Source of the DNA: Macrostomum hystrix
Lineage: Eukaryota; Animalia; Platyhelminthes
DNA: 64,000 nt
NCBI GenBank assembly: GCA_950097015.1
Contig: CATNEN010000038.1
Location: 9,796,001-9,860,000, forward strand
Direction of reading: 5' to 3'
Shown one piece after another: positions 62,915-64,000 of this stretch (its first letter is position 1; each line of letters begins with the position of its first letter). Both the position numbers and the translations under genes were made by a program. The notes below the pieces were generated by a model that saw nothing but the letters and a program-made list of their open reading frames with translations, was not told the DNA's origin and searched no databases.

Positions 62915-63367
62915 TTATCCAGTCAGCCTACCCTTGGCCTTCTTAATCTTCTTATCGGCGGCAGACTTGGATTTGACCAGAGTACGCAGTTGCAACCAGA
63001 AGCCGAAGCGACGGCTGCTGCTGCTGCTGCTGTTGCTGACTGCCGGTTCCGCGAAGCAGCCGGAGGCCTCTGATGCGCTGCAGCTGCCGGTGTTGCGAGA
63101 TGCGAGCTGCTCAGCTGACAGCTCCTCCTCTTCTAGATGAGGCGGGAGACTGATGGGAGACTCGAGCTCCGGTGGCGGCGGCGGTGGCAGCTGCTGAATG
63201 AGCAGCGGCCTGCTCAACCCGAGCTCAATTCGAGCCTTCTGCTGCTGCTGCAGGCTGTGGGTGCCCATGCGGGGCGGGCTGGATGCCGGGACGGAGCGAT
63301 CCCCGCTGGCCCTGGAATGCCAGTTTTGAGTTTGCCTGCTGCCCAATGGACACTGCACAATTGTCAT
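62915..63367 (-). CDS. Possible coding exon of an unidentified gene (low-complexity Q/P/S-rich)
   Basis: GC-rich open frame with host-like codon use and a possible donor AAG G|GTAGGC at ~62931. No recognisable domain. Confidence 0.3.
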   Translation of the reverse strand: MTIVQCPLGSRQTQNWHSRASGDRSVPASSPPRMGTHSLQQQQKARIELGLSRPLLIQQLPPPPPPELESPISLPPHLEEEELSAEQLASRNTGSCSASEASGCFAEPAVSNSSSSSSRRFGFWLQLRTLVKSKSAADKKIKKAKGRLTG

Positions 63368-63529
63368 AGGCTAGAGAAATTACTCACTCTGAAGGCAGCG
63401 AGAAGGTCACACCGGCACTGGCGAGCGAATCAGCAGCTGGCTTCAGCGAAGCGGAACCAGCGGCCGTGGCAGAGACCGACGCAACGCTGGTGTCAGCTAG
63501 GAGTTGAAAGCAAGGATAGCGACAATCAG

Positions 63530-63682
63530 CACTGACAGAACTGCGGAGACAGACAGACAGACAGCCTGACAGCCAAACAGACATCCTGACAGTCAGACAG
63601 ACAGACAGACAGACAGCCAAGCAGACATCCTGACAGTCAGACAGACAGACAGGCAGGCAGGCAGACAGCCTGACAGACAGAA
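63530..63682. repeat. (CAGA)n-rich simple repeat
   Basis: Direct tandem copies. Confidence 0.85.
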
Positions 63683-64000
63683 AATCACACAGCAGCGTCA
63701 TTGAATTTTGAATATGTGAGTGAGATATACTGAATATCGAGAACACACACACACTCATTGAGTGTGTGTTTAGTACACAAAACACACAGAGTTGCGCATT
63801 GTTATGCAAGCAAATGAAGCCTCGTCAGGTCCATAAAGTACATGTAAAAGTGTGCGGTCGCATGTCACTATATGCCCAGTCTAATAACCTTCGGAGGTCA
63901 ACAAATGATTTTAATGATATATAAAATAAAATTTACAAAAACTACAGCGGGCGCATTGGTAACCAGCTAATGCAAAGGCAGGTTCGCATAGAAACTAAGT

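Overview
Eukaryotic (metazoan) genomic DNA with GT-AG introns. GC-rich exons and introns filled with unrelated minisatellites suggest a flatworm such as Macrostomum; this is inferred, not provable from the window. The minus strand carries, in order: (1) the 5' half of an ERG/KCNH2-type K+ channel (ATG 15258, running off the window start); (2) a 14-exon GABA-B-like class C GPCR (16279-24761); (3) a DEG/ENaC-like ORF lacking its N-terminus, bracketed by two copies of a leader+14-mer satellite unit; (4) an intronless GT15 (KRE2/MNT1-type) mannosyltransferase flanked by inverted SINEs; (5) a second 14-exon class C GPCR paralog (37863-45158). The plus strand carries a PNT+ETS transcription factor (53338-60312). 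Its introns hold a deleted RTE-type LINE and a deleted Gypsy element with LTRs and an AGTC target-site duplication. Also present are a mariner remnant, two tRNA-derived SINE families, a CCA-bearing tRNA-Leu fragment and about 25 tandem arrays. Most long ORFs in the supplied track are repeat artefacts. I found no clearly new biological system. The best leads are the orphan GPCR pair with exon-restricted gene conversion, the GT15 gene, the satellite-bracketed ENaC and the altered ERG S4-S5 linker. Exon coordinates were read by eye from splice signals and frame continuity.
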